Shown here piece by piece: positions 51,338 through 61,159 of a stretch of DNA of 64,000 nt. The DNA comes from Myxococcota bacterium (lineage in GTDB: Bacteria; Myxococcota_A; SURF-8). The notes under the pieces were generated by a model. It was not told where the DNA came from. It searched no databases and worked only from the letters and a program-made list of their open reading frames with translations. A program made the position numbers and the translations under genes. The stretch's first letter is position 1; each line of letters starts with the position of its first letter. The stretch spans positions 2,144,001 to 2,208,000 of the forward strand of contig CAXXQS010000001.1 in NCBI GenBank assembly GCA_963674735.2, given 5' to 3'.

Positions 51338-54337
51338 CTATTCGTCACGGGAAAGGCATTGCAGGAGATCGTTGGGGGTATAGGGTTTCTGAATGAAACC
51401 TGCCAGGTTTCGCTCGGAAAATCGCTCGGCCATGTCCTCCTGGGCATAACCGCTGCACAGGTAGATTCGGGCGTCGGCTTTAATGGATTGAATCTCCTGT
51501 ATCGCCTGCTCACCGTCCATAACCGGCATCGTGAGGTCGAGAATGATGGCGCTGATGGTTTCGCCATAGCGCCGAACATTATCAACGGCTTCCTTGCCGT
51601 TCATGGCGGTCAACACTCTGTACCCACTTCGACTCAATGTTTTAAATGCCAAGCGCAGAAGCAGTTCTTCGTCATCAACCACCAGGATCGTTCGCTTGCC
51701 CCCTCTGGCTTGATCGACAAGCGCCCTGCTCTTTGTCGCATGTTTCACAGTGGCAGATTCGGACGCAGCCACCACCGGAAAAAACACTTTGACGGACGTT
51801 CCTTGTCGCGGAGCGCTCTCGACTTCGATCCCACCATGGTGGCCCCGCACAATGCCCATAACAGCCGCCAGTTCAAGGCCTCGCCCGGTGAATTTGGTCG
51901 AGAAAAACGGGTCGAACATGCGCGACTTCGTTCTCGCATCCATCCCGATGCCATCGTCCCTTATCTCCAACTCAACATAATCCCCGGCTTTGATTTCCGG
52001 ATCTCCCGGTTTTTCTTCCCATTCACCCACTTCGAGATACCTGAGCTTCATTGAAAGCGAGATTTTCCCAAATGGTTTTTCAATGGCTTCAACGGCATTG
52101 TTCAGCAGGCTTAACACGACCTTCCTCAATTGAAGGCCATCGGAAAGCACCATGGGAAGACCCGACGATAAATCCATGGTCAACTCGATTTTCGGCCCCG
52201 TCATTTCCCGCATAACCGGTTCCAGATTCGAGACAATCGACGACAAATCGGTTGGAATTAAAACAAAACTTCCTCGACCGGAATAGGCCAGCATCTGCTT
52301 TGAAAGTTCGGCCGCCCGTTTGGCAGCATCCTCCAGATCTTCCAAAGTCTCGATCTGATCCGATCCCTCCGCCAAACTCATTCGCATCAGGCTGGCGTTG
52401 CCGATAATGCCCGTCAGCAAATTATTGAAATCATGAGCAATGGCCCCTGCCATTTTAGACAGGCTTTCAAGCCGCAGGTTGTCCTGTAGCTTCTGTTCCA
52501 TCAAGCGCCGTTCCTGTTCGGCCATCTTCCGCTCGGTTACATCGCGACTGACTCCCTGAATCGCGATCAATTTCCCCTTATCGTCGCTCAGCAATATCGT
52601 GGCGACCTCAACCCAAGGCCGGTAACCGTCTTTGTGAATATGTTGAAGTTCGACCGTTACTGCATTTTCACGCAGAGATCCATTGCGGCTTTCAGAAATG
52701 GTCTGCTGGAGCATGGACGCTGCGGTACGGAACGATTCGGGAGTCAGAACGCCTTCGATCCTCCGACCGATCAGTTCTTCGGGCGTATATCCAAGCAATG
52801 TTTCGACCGATGGACTGATGAAGGTAAACCGACCGACCAAATCCATAGCCCAAATGACGTCCTGTGTGTTTTCCATCAACAAACGGAGTTTCCGTTCGCT
52901 ATCCAGAAGCGCACCTTGCATTATTTCCGTTTCGTGGATTTGCCGGTTAAGTCGTCCGATCGTCTGGCTGAGTTCTTCCGTACGCTCTTCAACGGCCGTT
53001 TCCAGAATCTGATTCTGGTGTTCTTGAACCAGGCGCAGGCGATCGGCCATGGCCAATGCCCACAACAGTCCGGCGATCAGAAAGCTTAATGAAAATCCGT
53101 GTCGAACCATTGGGCTCAGAGAAATAAACCCCAAGATTCCCAACATAAATATCACACCTGTTACAGCAAACGGCAACCACGAAGCTAAAACATATCGCGC
53201 AGTTGGCTGACCGTCACGCCAGGCACGCCAACTGGCGTAAACCAGTAAAACTAAAGCCACAATGGCCAATGCCGACATTAACCCATTCGTGTAACGAAAA
53301 TGTATAAGTGAAACTGCGGCGCCCACCACACCAAAACGACCTATCCAGGTAATCGCTCGATCGAGCAACGGCTGCCGGACAGCCATATCGAGAATAAGTC
53401 TGAAAAACCAGGCACCAAAGAAGACCATCAGACCACTAAAAGCCAAGTTCGAATGATTGGCCCACCAAACCGCTTCCGGCCATAGATAGGCGTGTAACAC
53501 CCCCAACATTCCAGTAAAATATAATCCTGCAAAAAACAGGAACAAGCAGAAAGCCAGAAGATAGGTTTCACGCAGAACGGAAAAAATCAGCAAATGATAA
53601 AAGCCCAGGATCACCAAGCCGCCGATGAACAATCCGATCATGATCAGCGAAGTCATGCTGCCGGTGGTATAGGCGACAGGTCGCCAAAGCGTAACATCGA
53701 CGGACAAGCTGGTTTCGGTAGCCAATCGCATGTACAACGTAATCGGCTTGTTACCCGTCAAAAGGACCGGTACAACATGCTCATAGAACTTTATTTCTTT
53801 CTGCGACTGCGGCACACCGAGACCGTTTCGAGTGCAATCGTATCCCCCCTTATCGTTTGGAAAATACACATCGAAGTGCTTCATCAAGCCGGTATTGTTC
53901 ACCAATAACCACTCACCATCACCTGCGGCACGTGCATCCAGTGTAATGCGAGCCCAGACAGCCGAAGCCGACACGCCGAAGTTTGGTCGATTGGATGTAG
54001 ACGGGACAAAGCGATCCGAATAAGACGGGTCGCTCACCATTTCGATGTTCAGAGTGGATTCGGGATCCTCAAAAAGGTCCAGATACATCCCCAATGGAAG
54101 TTGCTGTGTACCAGGCAGCAGCTTCACCGTGGCTTCGGCATGAGCATGCTCGATTCCACCGACACTCAGACAAGCCAGGAATACGATTAAACCGGCGAAC
54201 AAAACTCTGTAAAGAGACTGGACACGAAGCATCCGCGTATACGGATTTTTCAGTTTGGAAGGGACTGCGCTCATTGCCTGCCGTGTTGATTGAACCGTTC
54301 TTCGACGTGAATAAAAACCTAACAAGAACTCATCCAC
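51338..54337 (-). CDS. Hybrid sensor histidine kinase (7TMR-DISMED2, 7TMR-DISM 7TM, PAS, HisKA/HATPase, REC); start uncertain
   Basis: NFGVSASAVW, 7 TM segments, AHDFNNLL, FFSTKFTGRGL, ILVVDDE..LDLTMP. Confidence 0.92.
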   Translation of the reverse strand: MDEFLLGFYSRRRTVQSTRQAMSAVPSKLKNPYTRMLRVQSLYRVLFAGLIVFLACLSVGGIEHAHAEATVKLLPGTQQLPLGMYLDLFEDPESTLNIEMVSDPSYSDRFVPSTSNRPNFGVSASAVWARITLDARAAGDGEWLLVNNTGLMKHFDVYFPNDKGGYDCTRNGLGVPQSQKEIKFYEHVVPVLLTGNKPITLYMRLATETSLSVDVTLWRPVAYTTGSMTSLIMIGLFIGGLVILGFYHLLIFSVLRETYLLAFCLFLFFAGLYFTGMLGVLHAYLWPEAVWWANHSNLAFSGLMVFFGAWFFRLILDMAVRQPLLDRAITWIGRFGVVGAAVSLIHFRYTNGLMSALAIVALVLLVYASWRAWRDGQPTARYVLASWLPFAVTGVIFMLGILGFISLSPMVRHGFSLSFLIAGLLWALAMADRLRLVQEHQNQILETAVEERTEELSQTIGRLNRQIHETEIMQGALLDSERKLRLLMENTQDVIWAMDLVGRFTFISPSVETLLGYTPEELIGRRIEGVLTPESFRTAASMLQQTISESRNGSLRENAVTVELQHIHKDGYRPWVEVATILLSDDKGKLIAIQGVSRDVTERKMAEQERRLMEQKLQDNLRLESLSKMAGAIAHDFNNLLTGIIGNASLMRMSLAEGSDQIETLEDLEDAAKRAAELSKQMLAYSGRGSFVLIPTDLSSIVSNLEPVMREMTGPKIELTMDLSSGLPMVLSDGLQLRKVVLSLLNNAVEAIEKPFGKISLSMKLRYLEVGEWEEKPGDPEIKAGDYVELEIRDDGIGMDARTKSRMFDPFFSTKFTGRGLELAAVMGIVRGHHGGIEVESAPRQGTSVKVFFPVVAASESATVKHATKSRALVDQARGGKRTILVVDDEELLLRLAFKTLSRSGYRVLTAMNGKEAVDNVRRYGETISAIILDLTMPVMDGEQAIQEIQSIKADARIYLCSGYAQEDMAERFSERNLAGFIQKPYTPNDLLQCLSRDE

Positions 54338-54747
54338 CGGACAAGTTATTATAATCGGCCGAAATTCTGGAATCTTTACAAAAGAGAGCCCATCAATCTA
54401 TCGCGAAACGTCAAGTAAAACCAGTAAAATGCCAAACTTTTCTCTCCGATGAGTCCATTTCCCTTTTCCAATCCGACCCGTGTTGTCATTTGGCTCCCTA
54501 CTCTCACCTGTGAAATCCAGCAGATCGCAAGACGGTATCAACACTTTACCAACACATTGCCAACATACTATCCACAGCTAAATCTGCCGGTGAATTCGGG
54601 ATTATAAACAAGATATCAACATCAACGACGCTTGACCGCATGTGATTACAAAGATTTAGTGGTTTTTTTTAATTATTTTCTAGCACTTCTCTGCTTGGAT
54701 CTGAATGCTGAATTGGCATATTTCAACCAAACAAGTAAGGAGTCCCA

Positions 54748-55983
54748 ATGGGAACACATGAACGTATACTCGTGGTGGAAGATGATGAAGATATCCTCGA
54801 ACTGCTGGACTTCAACCTCAGTGAAAAAGGCTATCAAGTCATCAAAGCCACGGATGGCGATACCGCCCTCACTCAAATCCAATACGGTAGTCCGGATCTG
54901 GTCGTCCTCGATCTGATGCTTCCAAAGCGCAATGGGTTGGAAGTCTGCCGACTCATGCATGAAAACCCTCAAACGCGTGACATACCCGTAATTATGCTGA
55001 CGGCGAAGACGGAGGAACGGGATATCGTTGCAGGATTGGAGATGGGCGCGGTGGACTACGTGACCAAGCCGTTTCGCTTTTCGGAGTTGCTGGCCCGTAT
55101 TCAGCGTCAACTGGACATCGCCCAGCAACGCCGGAAACTGACCCACCGTGTTGAAACGATCCAGCAACGCGCAAATGACACGTCGAAAAAGCTGATTCAA
55201 TCCGAGCGACTGGCCAGTTTGGGCATGTTGGCGGCAGGCATCACCCACGAGGTCAATAACGTCAACGTCTATCTGGGTGGCTACGCTCAGCTACTCAAAC
55301 GAATCGTCCCGGATATCATGCATTTGCTCGAACAAACTTCTTCCCCGGGCATCGAAAAAATCGATCAGGTTTCAAAAAGTCTGGATGCCTACACGGAAAG
55401 CATTCTCAGTGGCAGCCAGCGTATCAACGACATCATGAAAACCATTCGCGATTATAGCTCGAAAGAAGGGCCGGACAGCGTCCCTTTGAAAGCCGTTCCG
55501 ATTCATTCCATCGTTGAAAGCGTGATCGATCTCACTCGAAGTCGCTACAAACATCATGCTGAAATCCGAACGGATATTCCAGCCGATCTGACCGGTTTCA
55601 TCAACCGCCAGTTGCTGGAGCAGATCCTCGTCAATCTGGTAATCAATGCAGCCGACGCCATCGCGGAACGTCAACAGCAGGAATGCGGATTTCGGGGACA
55701 AATCTCCATCCAAGCCGAAGCAAACGCCGAACGAATCCGTATCCGCATCACCGATAACGGAATCGGGATGGATGACGCCATTCAAGCGAAGATGTATGAC
55801 GCATTCTTCACCACCAAGAAAGAAGGCAAAGGAACGGGGCTCGGATTGGGCATCGTGAAAGAACTCACGAACCGCTTGAAAGGCTCGATTCGGTTTACCA
55901 GCACTCCGATGGCTGGAACAACCTTCGTCCTGTCTCTACCTCGCTTCGAATCAACAAACGCAGAAGCGCCCGCAGCCGTGTAA
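54748..55983 (+). CDS. Response-regulator receiver fused to a histidine kinase (REC-HisKA-HATPase)
   Basis: ILVVEDDE, LDLMLP, DYVTKPF, THEVNN, NLVINA, FFTTKKEGKGTGLGL. Confidence 0.93.
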   Translation: MGTHERILVVEDDEDILELLDFNLSEKGYQVIKATDGDTALTQIQYGSPDLVVLDLMLPKRNGLEVCRLMHENPQTRDIPVIMLTAKTEERDIVAGLEMGAVDYVTKPFRFSELLARIQRQLDIAQQRRKLTHRVETIQQRANDTSKKLIQSERLASLGMLAAGITHEVNNVNVYLGGYAQLLKRIVPDIMHLLEQTSSPGIEKIDQVSKSLDAYTESILSGSQRINDIMKTIRDYSSKEGPDSVPLKAVPIHSIVESVIDLTRSRYKHHAEIRTDIPADLTGFINRQLLEQILVNLVINAADAIAERQQQECGFRGQISIQAEANAERIRIRITDNGIGMDDAIQAKMYDAFFTTKKEGKGTGLGLGIVKELTNRLKGSIRFTSTPMAGTTFVLSLPRFESTNAEAPAAV

Positions 55984-56053
55984 CGACTCATGATCGCACA
56001 TGATTCAGCGTATCGCGAAGCTTCAAGTTTTCACTTCGACCGGTTGTATCGCC

Positions 56054-57622
56054 TCACATACTTTCGTCGATCAAGCCGTGGTAGCGACCCAGCCAGTAAG
56101 CCATCAGGTAGTCTTCAGGAGAATAGACACGCTGGCGGTTTTCGGCGATGGTCTCTTGGTTGATTTCGAAAAAGTCCAATCTCCACAGGTAATTATCAAA
56201 TGGATACTCGGCCAGAGGGATCGGTTCGGCAGCGCAGGGATTATCGAGCCGACTCCGACAAACCTCGGCTTGCTCGCCTGCCGGTATGGCGCGAATGAAT
56301 TTCTCCGCAGGGAATTTTTTTAGCGTGCAAACGGCCTCGTCTACCGCCTGAGCCAGCACCGCATCATCGGGACCATCGCCGGTAAGCGCGGCATAGGCAA
56401 AGGTGAAAAACGAGTTGCCGATCTCGGCAATGCTTTGGTGCTCGGGATTCTCGGTGTGGAGCATGCCGTTACGCAGAACCTCCCGCAAACGCAATCGAAT
56501 CGCGGGATCGTCCTCCGCGCGCAGCAGCGGGTACATGGCCTGATAGCACATATCGAAGTTGTCATAATTCTGCTTGCAATCACCCAGGAAAAGCGATAAA
56601 CGCGCTTCCATCGCGTCAAGATACGACCCCAGGTTCAGCCCCGTCACGATCCCGTCGTTGTCGATCTCGGGACATTCCACATCATCGCGTGTCTGCATCA
56701 GGCAGCCGTGGTAAAAGGCGTCCAACTCTTCATCACCCAGGTTTTCAGCGGCCACCTTGACCCAACTCGACGCCAAAAGCGCATTGAAGCCGGGGTAGTC
56801 ATCCAAAGCGGTGTAGAACAGCCGTCCATGTTCGGTCACGATTCCGTCTGCGTCGATGAGTTGCAGTCCATTGGGCACCAGATGCTCGACCACGATCTCC
56901 TGCACGCGCTGGCGGATATCATCCAGCAAGGCTTCATCGGTAAAATGTTCGAGCGCAATGGCATAACCGAACATCAAACCGGCATAGCCGTCTTTGCTGA
57001 CATCGTTTCGGTAGCGCCACCCTTCAAACCCTTCGACCGGCGAATCCGTCCAGCCGGGGTTGTCCGCAGCAACCGCCGGATAGGCGACCGCCGGATCGGC
57101 CATGCTGCGCCCATAAAGACCGACCACGCCGGTGACGCGCGTCAGATTGAGCAACGCATCCACCACGATCCGCGCATTTTGCTGGGCTTGACTCTCGCCG
57201 GTAACCGCAAATCGCAGAGCCTGCGAAGCCAAATACATCCCACTCCACAGGATCGTATTCTCGGCATGCTCGAAAAGCTCGACCGTCTGCAGGTCTTCGG
57301 CAAGCCGGATATTGCGCAACAAGCCATCCCCGGCCACGTGACGTTCGATGGCAACCTGGTCAAATTCCTGTGCTTTTTCAAGTAAAGTCGTTTCGCCGGT
57401 CACGTGATCGCAACGCGGCCAAACGAAAGGAGCCGCCTCTTCCTCTACCTCACGATCCAGATCGATATCCAGATCTCCATCGGAAACAACGGCCTCACCG
57501 TCATTTGCCGGACCGTCAACATCCGCGTCGCCATCGGAGACGCTCGAATCCGTTGAATCACAAGCACTTAAACAAACCACAGCACACAGGCAACAAGCCA
57601 ACGTCAGCCAAATCCTCACCAT
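56054..57622 (-). CDS. Lipoprotein with DGD tether and probable alpha-helical toroid domain, function unknown
   Basis: Lipobox LSAC; ENTILWSGMYLA, DVSKDGYAG, DYLMAYWLGRY. Confidence 0.75.
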   Translation of the reverse strand: MVRIWLTLACCLCAVVCLSACDSTDSSVSDGDADVDGPANDGEAVVSDGDLDIDLDREVEEEAAPFVWPRCDHVTGETTLLEKAQEFDQVAIERHVAGDGLLRNIRLAEDLQTVELFEHAENTILWSGMYLASQALRFAVTGESQAQQNARIVVDALLNLTRVTGVVGLYGRSMADPAVAYPAVAADNPGWTDSPVEGFEGWRYRNDVSKDGYAGLMFGYAIALEHFTDEALLDDIRQRVQEIVVEHLVPNGLQLIDADGIVTEHGRLFYTALDDYPGFNALLASSWVKVAAENLGDEELDAFYHGCLMQTRDDVECPEIDNDGIVTGLNLGSYLDAMEARLSLFLGDCKQNYDNFDMCYQAMYPLLRAEDDPAIRLRLREVLRNGMLHTENPEHQSIAEIGNSFFTFAYAALTGDGPDDAVLAQAVDEAVCTLKKFPAEKFIRAIPAGEQAEVCRSRLDNPCAAEPIPLAEYPFDNYLWRLDFFEINQETIAENRQRVYSPEDYLMAYWLGRYHGLIDESM

Positions 57623-57806
57623 CGGGGGCTCCTTTCGCGGTTGAACGCCGCTATTTTAGGCGGATGGAATCGATTTGGCAAGGAGTTGATCGGATTACGC
57701 CCTTGCTCAAACCCATACCTCATCCACCGCCCACCTTTCGAGGCGTTGGATTTCCCCCCTTCACGCCTGTTCCGTGCCGCTGCCCGTCGAAGTTCGAGCG
57801 CTCGCG

Positions 57807-58016
57807 TTACTCCTCGATTCTGAACGACACCCGCATCCGAGCCCGGTAAGCCACCACGCCGCTGTCGCTGACTTTCATATCCAGTTCGGCGACTTCGGCA
57901 ACGCGCAGGTCGCGCAGGCTCTTCGCGGTCGTCATGACGGCCGTGCGGGCTGCGTCTTCCCAGGATTTTTCCGACGAACCCACGACTTCGATGATCTTGT
58001 AGACGCTCTCGTTCAT
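57807..58016 (-). CDS. Dodecin-family protein
   Basis: VYKIIEVVGSSEKSWEDA..SLRDLR..YRARMRVSF. Confidence 0.92.
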   Translation of the reverse strand: MNESVYKIIEVVGSSEKSWEDAARTAVMTTAKSLRDLRVAEVAELDMKVSDSGVVAYRARMRVSFRIEE

Positions 58017-58192
58017 GGCAGTCTCCTCCTGTTGGACCGATCGTTCGGTCGATGCACACCCTCACTTTCTACTCATTGATTACAGGATAACGTCCCGTCA
58101 ATCAGCTTTCAAGCGAAATAGACGTTCTTCACTTATGATTTTTTCTGATGATCACGCGCAACAGGCAAGCACGAAAAAGCGAAAAGGCCGCG

Positions 58193-58957
58193 TCAGTCCA
58201 TGCTGAAAGAGTCGTGCTCGAAACCGCCGCGCCAACCGGCTCCGACTTCGATGAATTCCTTTGGAAAACGTTCTTTCAGAATAGCTTCGGCCGCTTCGCC
58301 GGTGCAATGGGTAGGAGCCAATCGTCGGATCTCAAGCTCGGCAAGTTGGTCGGCCGTGCCCCGAATTTCTTCCTCGCTCATGTCTTTCAAGTGAAATCCG
58401 CCCAACAGCAATTCGATGGGGCGCTCAGCCAGAGAACGAACCCGGGAAAGCATCGCCACAATGCCGGGATGCGAACAACCCACCACCGTCATCCACCCTC
58501 CCGAAAGGGCGAAGAACACCCCCTGTTCGCTGGGTCGGTCGTTAAGGCTCGGCATATCGCCCGTGGAAAAGATCCCCGGAAACAACGGGGTGACGTCGGG
58601 ACCGACTTCGCGTACCCGTCCCCCCCAAATCTGCACTTCCTGCTTGAATTCTTCGCTGAAGCCCTTCCCGAGCACCACTTCCAAGTTGGGACGAACATAC
58701 AGCAGCCGTTCCAAGCCATCGATGTGATCCCAATGTTCATGCGACAACACCACGGCGTCCAGTTGACGCGGTCGCACCTTGGCGCGTTCCATGTTCGCCA
58801 ATAGCGCTTCGGACGATTCGCCCGTATCAAAGAGCAGCAGACGCCCTTCAGTCTCGATCAAGCAGGAAAATCCCCAGCCGGAATCGTAGGCTTCAACATG
58901 GGCGCGATTGTCGTACAACACCGTTATCCGGCAAGTGGATAATGTCTCGATGGTCAT
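58193..58957 (-). CDS. MBL-fold metallo-hydrolase (MJ0301-like)
   Basis: WGFSCLIE, LFDTG, LSHEHWDHIDG, GCSHPG, GGFHL, HCTG. Confidence 0.9.
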   Translation of the reverse strand: MTIETLSTCRITVLYDNRAHVEAYDSGWGFSCLIETEGRLLLFDTGESSEALLANMERAKVRPRQLDAVVLSHEHWDHIDGLERLLYVRPNLEVVLGKGFSEEFKQEVQIWGGRVREVGPDVTPLFPGIFSTGDMPSLNDRPSEQGVFFALSGGWMTVVGCSHPGIVAMLSRVRSLAERPIELLLGGFHLKDMSEEEIRGTADQLAELEIRRLAPTHCTGEAAEAILKERFPKEFIEVGAGWRGGFEHDSFSMD

Positions 58958-58994
58958 CGCTCAATCCTTCCTATCTGCAAATCGGCAACCCCAT

Positions 58995-59414
58995 TCATTC
59001 ACCCGTTACCTGGACGTGAATCGTCCGGCGACGCGGCTTGTTATCGCAGTCCACCAACACAATCTGCTGCCAGGTTCCCAAGGGAACTCGTCCATCGACC
59101 AACGGAAACACGCGCGAGGGGCCCAACAAAGCGGCCAACACGTGGGAATAGCCGTTGCCGTCACCCCAGGCCGCATCGTGATCGTAATGCGCCTTGGGTG
59201 GTGCGATTTGTTCGAGGCTGCGTACCAGATCGCGCACCACCCCCGGCTCATACTCGATGGTTGTGACCGATCCGGTAGAGCCACCGACGAAAACGCAAAC
59301 CTGCCCGTTTTGAAAACCACTTTTCGCCACCTGATCGAGGACGTCGGAAGTGATGTCCAACACATCGATCTCGACGCTGGTCCGCTGCTCGAACGTAGCA
59401 TGATAAGTCGGCAT
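58995..59414 (-). CDS. yjbQ: YjbQ/UPF0047-family protein
   Basis: GSTGSVTTIEYE, YDHD..DGNGYSH, LGTWQQI. Confidence 0.92.
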   Translation of the reverse strand: MPTYHATFEQRTSVEIDVLDITSDVLDQVAKSGFQNGQVCVFVGGSTGSVTTIEYEPGVVRDLVRSLEQIAPPKAHYDHDAAWGDGNGYSHVLAALLGPSRVFPLVDGRVPLGTWQQIVLVDCDNKPRRRTIHVQVTGE

Positions 59415-59626
59415 GGGGTTCCCCTCTGGAATACGTCCATAAATTTATTATCGCCCATTATTCCGCACAGTCAATCATCCATCCTGCGGATTCCGCGTTT
59501 TTTTCCATGTCAACGAAAAAAACGGCGCATCGGACGCATCGAGCGAAAAGCCACTTTGTCTTTTTGGTCCCGATTCGTCATGCTGTTTTTACGGGCCGCC
59601 GAACGGCCGAGAACAAGGAGAATGAC

Positions 59627-60244
59627 ATGGATTTTAAAGCTTTTGCGTTTTCACTTTTGACTTCGAAAAAACCGGCTGTGCTTTCCATCGGACTACTGGG
59701 TTTGATGGCGCTGGGAGCCTTGCCTTGGAACTTGCCCGCCGCTCTGCTTCTCGGAGGAATCGGCTTGGTCACTCCACTGGCGGGACGCCTGTTCGACCGT
59801 CCGAATCGCACCGTGCGAAAAGTCAAATTTCCACCCCCTTCCTGCAAACTGATGCTTGTGCTGCTGAGTTTGGCGACACAGACATTCCTCACCCTCGGTT
59901 GCCTATCCGACCATCCGTTTCTCCGAAGCGACTCGCTGGCCGCGATCTATCAAACCGCTCAACCTTACCTCATCCAGGACTGCCGCGAGCTGGCGGTCTT
60001 TCCGGGCTATCAGGTCGATTTCGGCGGAATGGATGACAGCGGCGCGATCCACGGATTCGGGGGGATTGTCGGTGGCTGCGGACGCTATGCCAAGATGGCC
60101 TGCTGGATGCCACCGAGCCAGCCTGCCGATGAAACCCACCCGCAATCCGTAACCTGTGCGGCCGTCGAAGAGTTGGCAACGGTAAACGACTTGAAACCGA
60201 ATGGAAATGGCACGAAAATTCACAATACGAAACAGGCTAAGTAG
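59627..60244 (+). CDS. Hypothetical membrane-anchored protein
   Basis: AAGGAG RBS before MDFKAF; two to three hydrophobic segments. Confidence 0.5.
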   Translation: MDFKAFAFSLLTSKKPAVLSIGLLGLMALGALPWNLPAALLLGGIGLVTPLAGRLFDRPNRTVRKVKFPPPSCKLMLVLLSLATQTFLTLGCLSDHPFLRSDSLAAIYQTAQPYLIQDCRELAVFPGYQVDFGGMDDSGAIHGFGGIVGGCGRYAKMACWMPPSQPADETHPQSVTCAAVEELATVNDLKPNGNGTKIHNTKQAK

Positions 60245-60318
60245 CGGATTTTCTACGGTTAGCGGCGAGTTAAACTTCACATTTCGCCCGACAGAGCCGC
60301 TTTCCTGAAAATAAACGC

Positions 60319-60345
60319 TCAAGTCTCCCGGGAAATGGCCGATTT
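60319..60345 (+). promoter_or_regulatory. Sigma28 (FliA)-type promoter
   Basis: TCAAGTCT-N11-GCCGATTT versus consensus TAAAGTTT-N11-GCCGATAA; 46 bp before the ATG. Confidence 0.65.
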
Positions 60346-60391
60346 TGGATATAGAGGTCAAGGATGGCCAGCCCAGACAAGGAGGTCCACC

Positions 60392-60949
60392 ATGCGCATC
60401 AACCATGCAACAAGCGCACAGGCCGAGTCCGTCAAAGCAGCATACGGTATGGCTAAAACCAAAAACGAAGTGAACGCCACCGAAGCCTCCCAGCCGGTCA
60501 AAGGCGTTCAAATCGACCAGGTGCACATCCAAGACGGCATCTCCGCACAGTTCATCACCCATACGCTGATGACAAAGATCGGCAGCAAGATCGAGGCGAT
60601 GCTGGACAAAGCCGGGATCGATCCGGAAGACTACGCCGGAGTCGACATGTCGGCTGAGGCAACCTCCGATCGAATCGTGTCCTTCTCCACCGCCTTTTTC
60701 GGACTGTATCGCCAACAGCATGAAGAAATGTCGGATGAAGAAGCGATTACCGGTTTTGAAAACCTGGTTCGCACAGCGGTGGACGATGGTGCACGAGAAG
60801 CCCTGCAAATGCTGGCCACGTTTGACCTGGAGCAAGAAGCCAAACCGCTCGCTCAGCAGACCATGGACCTGGTACACACAAAACTCGATGATTTCTTCGC
60901 CGACCTTCGCAACTCCTACACTCAGCCAGAGGCGACAACCGGCGACTGA
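60392..60949 (+). CDS. DUF5610-like protein
   Basis: AGGAGG RBS; SAEATSDRIVSFST..F..LVRTAVDDGAREA..T.DLV..KLDDF. Confidence 0.75.
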   Translation: MRINHATSAQAESVKAAYGMAKTKNEVNATEASQPVKGVQIDQVHIQDGISAQFITHTLMTKIGSKIEAMLDKAGIDPEDYAGVDMSAEATSDRIVSFSTAFFGLYRQQHEEMSDEEAITGFENLVRTAVDDGAREALQMLATFDLEQEAKPLAQQTMDLVHTKLDDFFADLRNSYTQPEATTGD

Positions 60950-61159
60950 TCAACCATTCCCGCCGCGCCGGATTCTAACTTTTCGGTTGCATTTTTCAGC
61001 CTTTTCGCGTACATCTCCCCGACGGGGCAAGCTTTAAGGGAAGATCCCGCAAGGGTATCTGCTCTTGGAGTTTGAGCAATGGGTCGGCTTGAGATTAGCT
61101 GACCATTGTGTTATATAACGGAAATTGACTTTTGTCCGGATGTACTCAAGGAGGCCCCT

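Noticed and set aside
60208-60223. Sigma54 promoter TGGCACG-N4-TTCAC
   Set aside because: It lacks the conserved -12 GC and lies inside an ORF; the sigma28 match downstream is better.
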